Shown in pieces: positions 63,407 to 64,000 of a stretch of 64,000 bases of DNA. Each line of letters begins with the position of its first letter. The first letter of the stretch is position 1. The stretch spans positions 186,001 through 250,000 of the IMG/VR virus record IMGVR_UViG_3300033182_000980; one strand, written 5' to 3'. A program made the position numbers and the translations under genes. The notes under the pieces were generated by a model that searched no databases, was not told the origin of the DNA, and was given only the letters and a program-made list of their open reading frames with translations.

Positions 63407-64000
63407 GTCAAACTCCCATCTAATGAAATGCTACCTGGTACTTCAAAAACTATATTTACGCTCACTTGGCGATTAGCACCACTACGAACGACCACATTAC
63501 ACAATAATGCGGTCGCATTGCCATTGAGTGCTGAAACTTCCACAGATTGAACGCTCACTAATCTTTCTTCTTGGCTGAGGTATTGTACCCTCTTGAGGTC
63601 TTGTTGCATCTTTTGCAACTTATCTAGTGCTTGTTGGACGCTCATTCTTAATGCGACCCCTACCGAAGCATTGTTCTTTTGACCGATGAGTCGGTTAGCG
63701 TTTGAACCGTACCAAGGGTGATATGGGTTAGACCCGATCTCTGTTAGTAGGGTCTTAGCTATATTCTGATAGAGCAGGTCTGTGTCTTGTACCTTTTGAA
63801 GATCTCCGTCAGTACCGAACCTAAAGTCGTTCTCTACCCCTGTGCCACCACATCGTCTACAGTATATCTTTTCAGTCGTGTAAGAGATTTCTAGCAAGCC
63901 CTCTGGTTCTAGTTTGCTCTTGAACTGTATATCGTTTCCGTTGAGCCGTGAAACCAACCCCCAAGCAGGAGTGGTCTTTTTAGTCTTAACGACTTGCTTT
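63403..64000 (-). CDS. Baseplate gp25/GpW-like protein, partial (frame open to the right edge)
   Basis: GDLQKV...L.QNI.K.LLTE.GSNPYHPWYGS; CRRCGGTG; no stop between 63957 and 64000. Confidence 0.8.
   Translation of the reverse strand, partial: KQVVKTKKTTPAWGLVSRLNGNDIQFKSKLEPEGLLEISYTTEKIYCRRCGGTGVENDFRFGTDGDLQKVQDTDLLYQNIAKTLLTEIGSNPYHPWYGSNANRLIGQKNNASVGVALRMSVQQALDKLQKMQQDLKRVQYLSQEERLVSVQSVEVSALNGNATALLCNVVVRSGANRQVSVNIVFEVPGSISLDGSLT

Noticed and set aside
1-64000. tRNA, rRNA, CRISPR array, integrase or transposase
   Set aside because: I saw no cloverleaf/T-loop signature, no regularly spaced repeat-spacer array and no recombinase motif. This was a visual scan only; tRNAscan and CRISPR finders were not run.

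Overview
This window is a gene-dense 64-kb segment of a large, probably jumbo, contractile-tailed dsDNA bacteriophage read in the standard genetic code. The host is probably Gram-negative, because the phage carries an outer-membrane beta-barrel and a lipoprotein. The right third (37.3-64 kb, minus strand) is a baseplate/tail module: gp25-like, baseplate-J/gp6-like, gpI/gp7-like, two tail-collar-like paralogues and several 1000-2000 aa tail proteins. The left 26 kb (mostly minus strand) is a late region with structural paralogues, an actin-like ATPase, and many unrelated proteins that share a coiled-coil leader ending in [KR]-x-A. The middle (26-37 kb) holds two ECF-like sigma factors, thymidine kinase, a TOPRIM primase, two lytic-transglycosylase-like proteins and small ORFs. 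Two recurrent intergenic motifs look like promoters: class L (about TAATAGTnTnTTTAT) and class E (GTAACCCCTTA). The best candidates for something new are: (1) a repeated promoter + anti-Shine-Dalgarno hairpin + leader-peptide cassette that may load diverse cargo into the capsid; (2) a ~150-nt rod-shaped RNA at 8264-8416 with 6S-RNA-like topology, directly behind a class-L motif; (3) an actin-like ATPase in an apparently late operon. I saw no tRNA, rRNA, CRISPR array or transposase. All family calls are by eye from motifs; no searches or folding programs were run.
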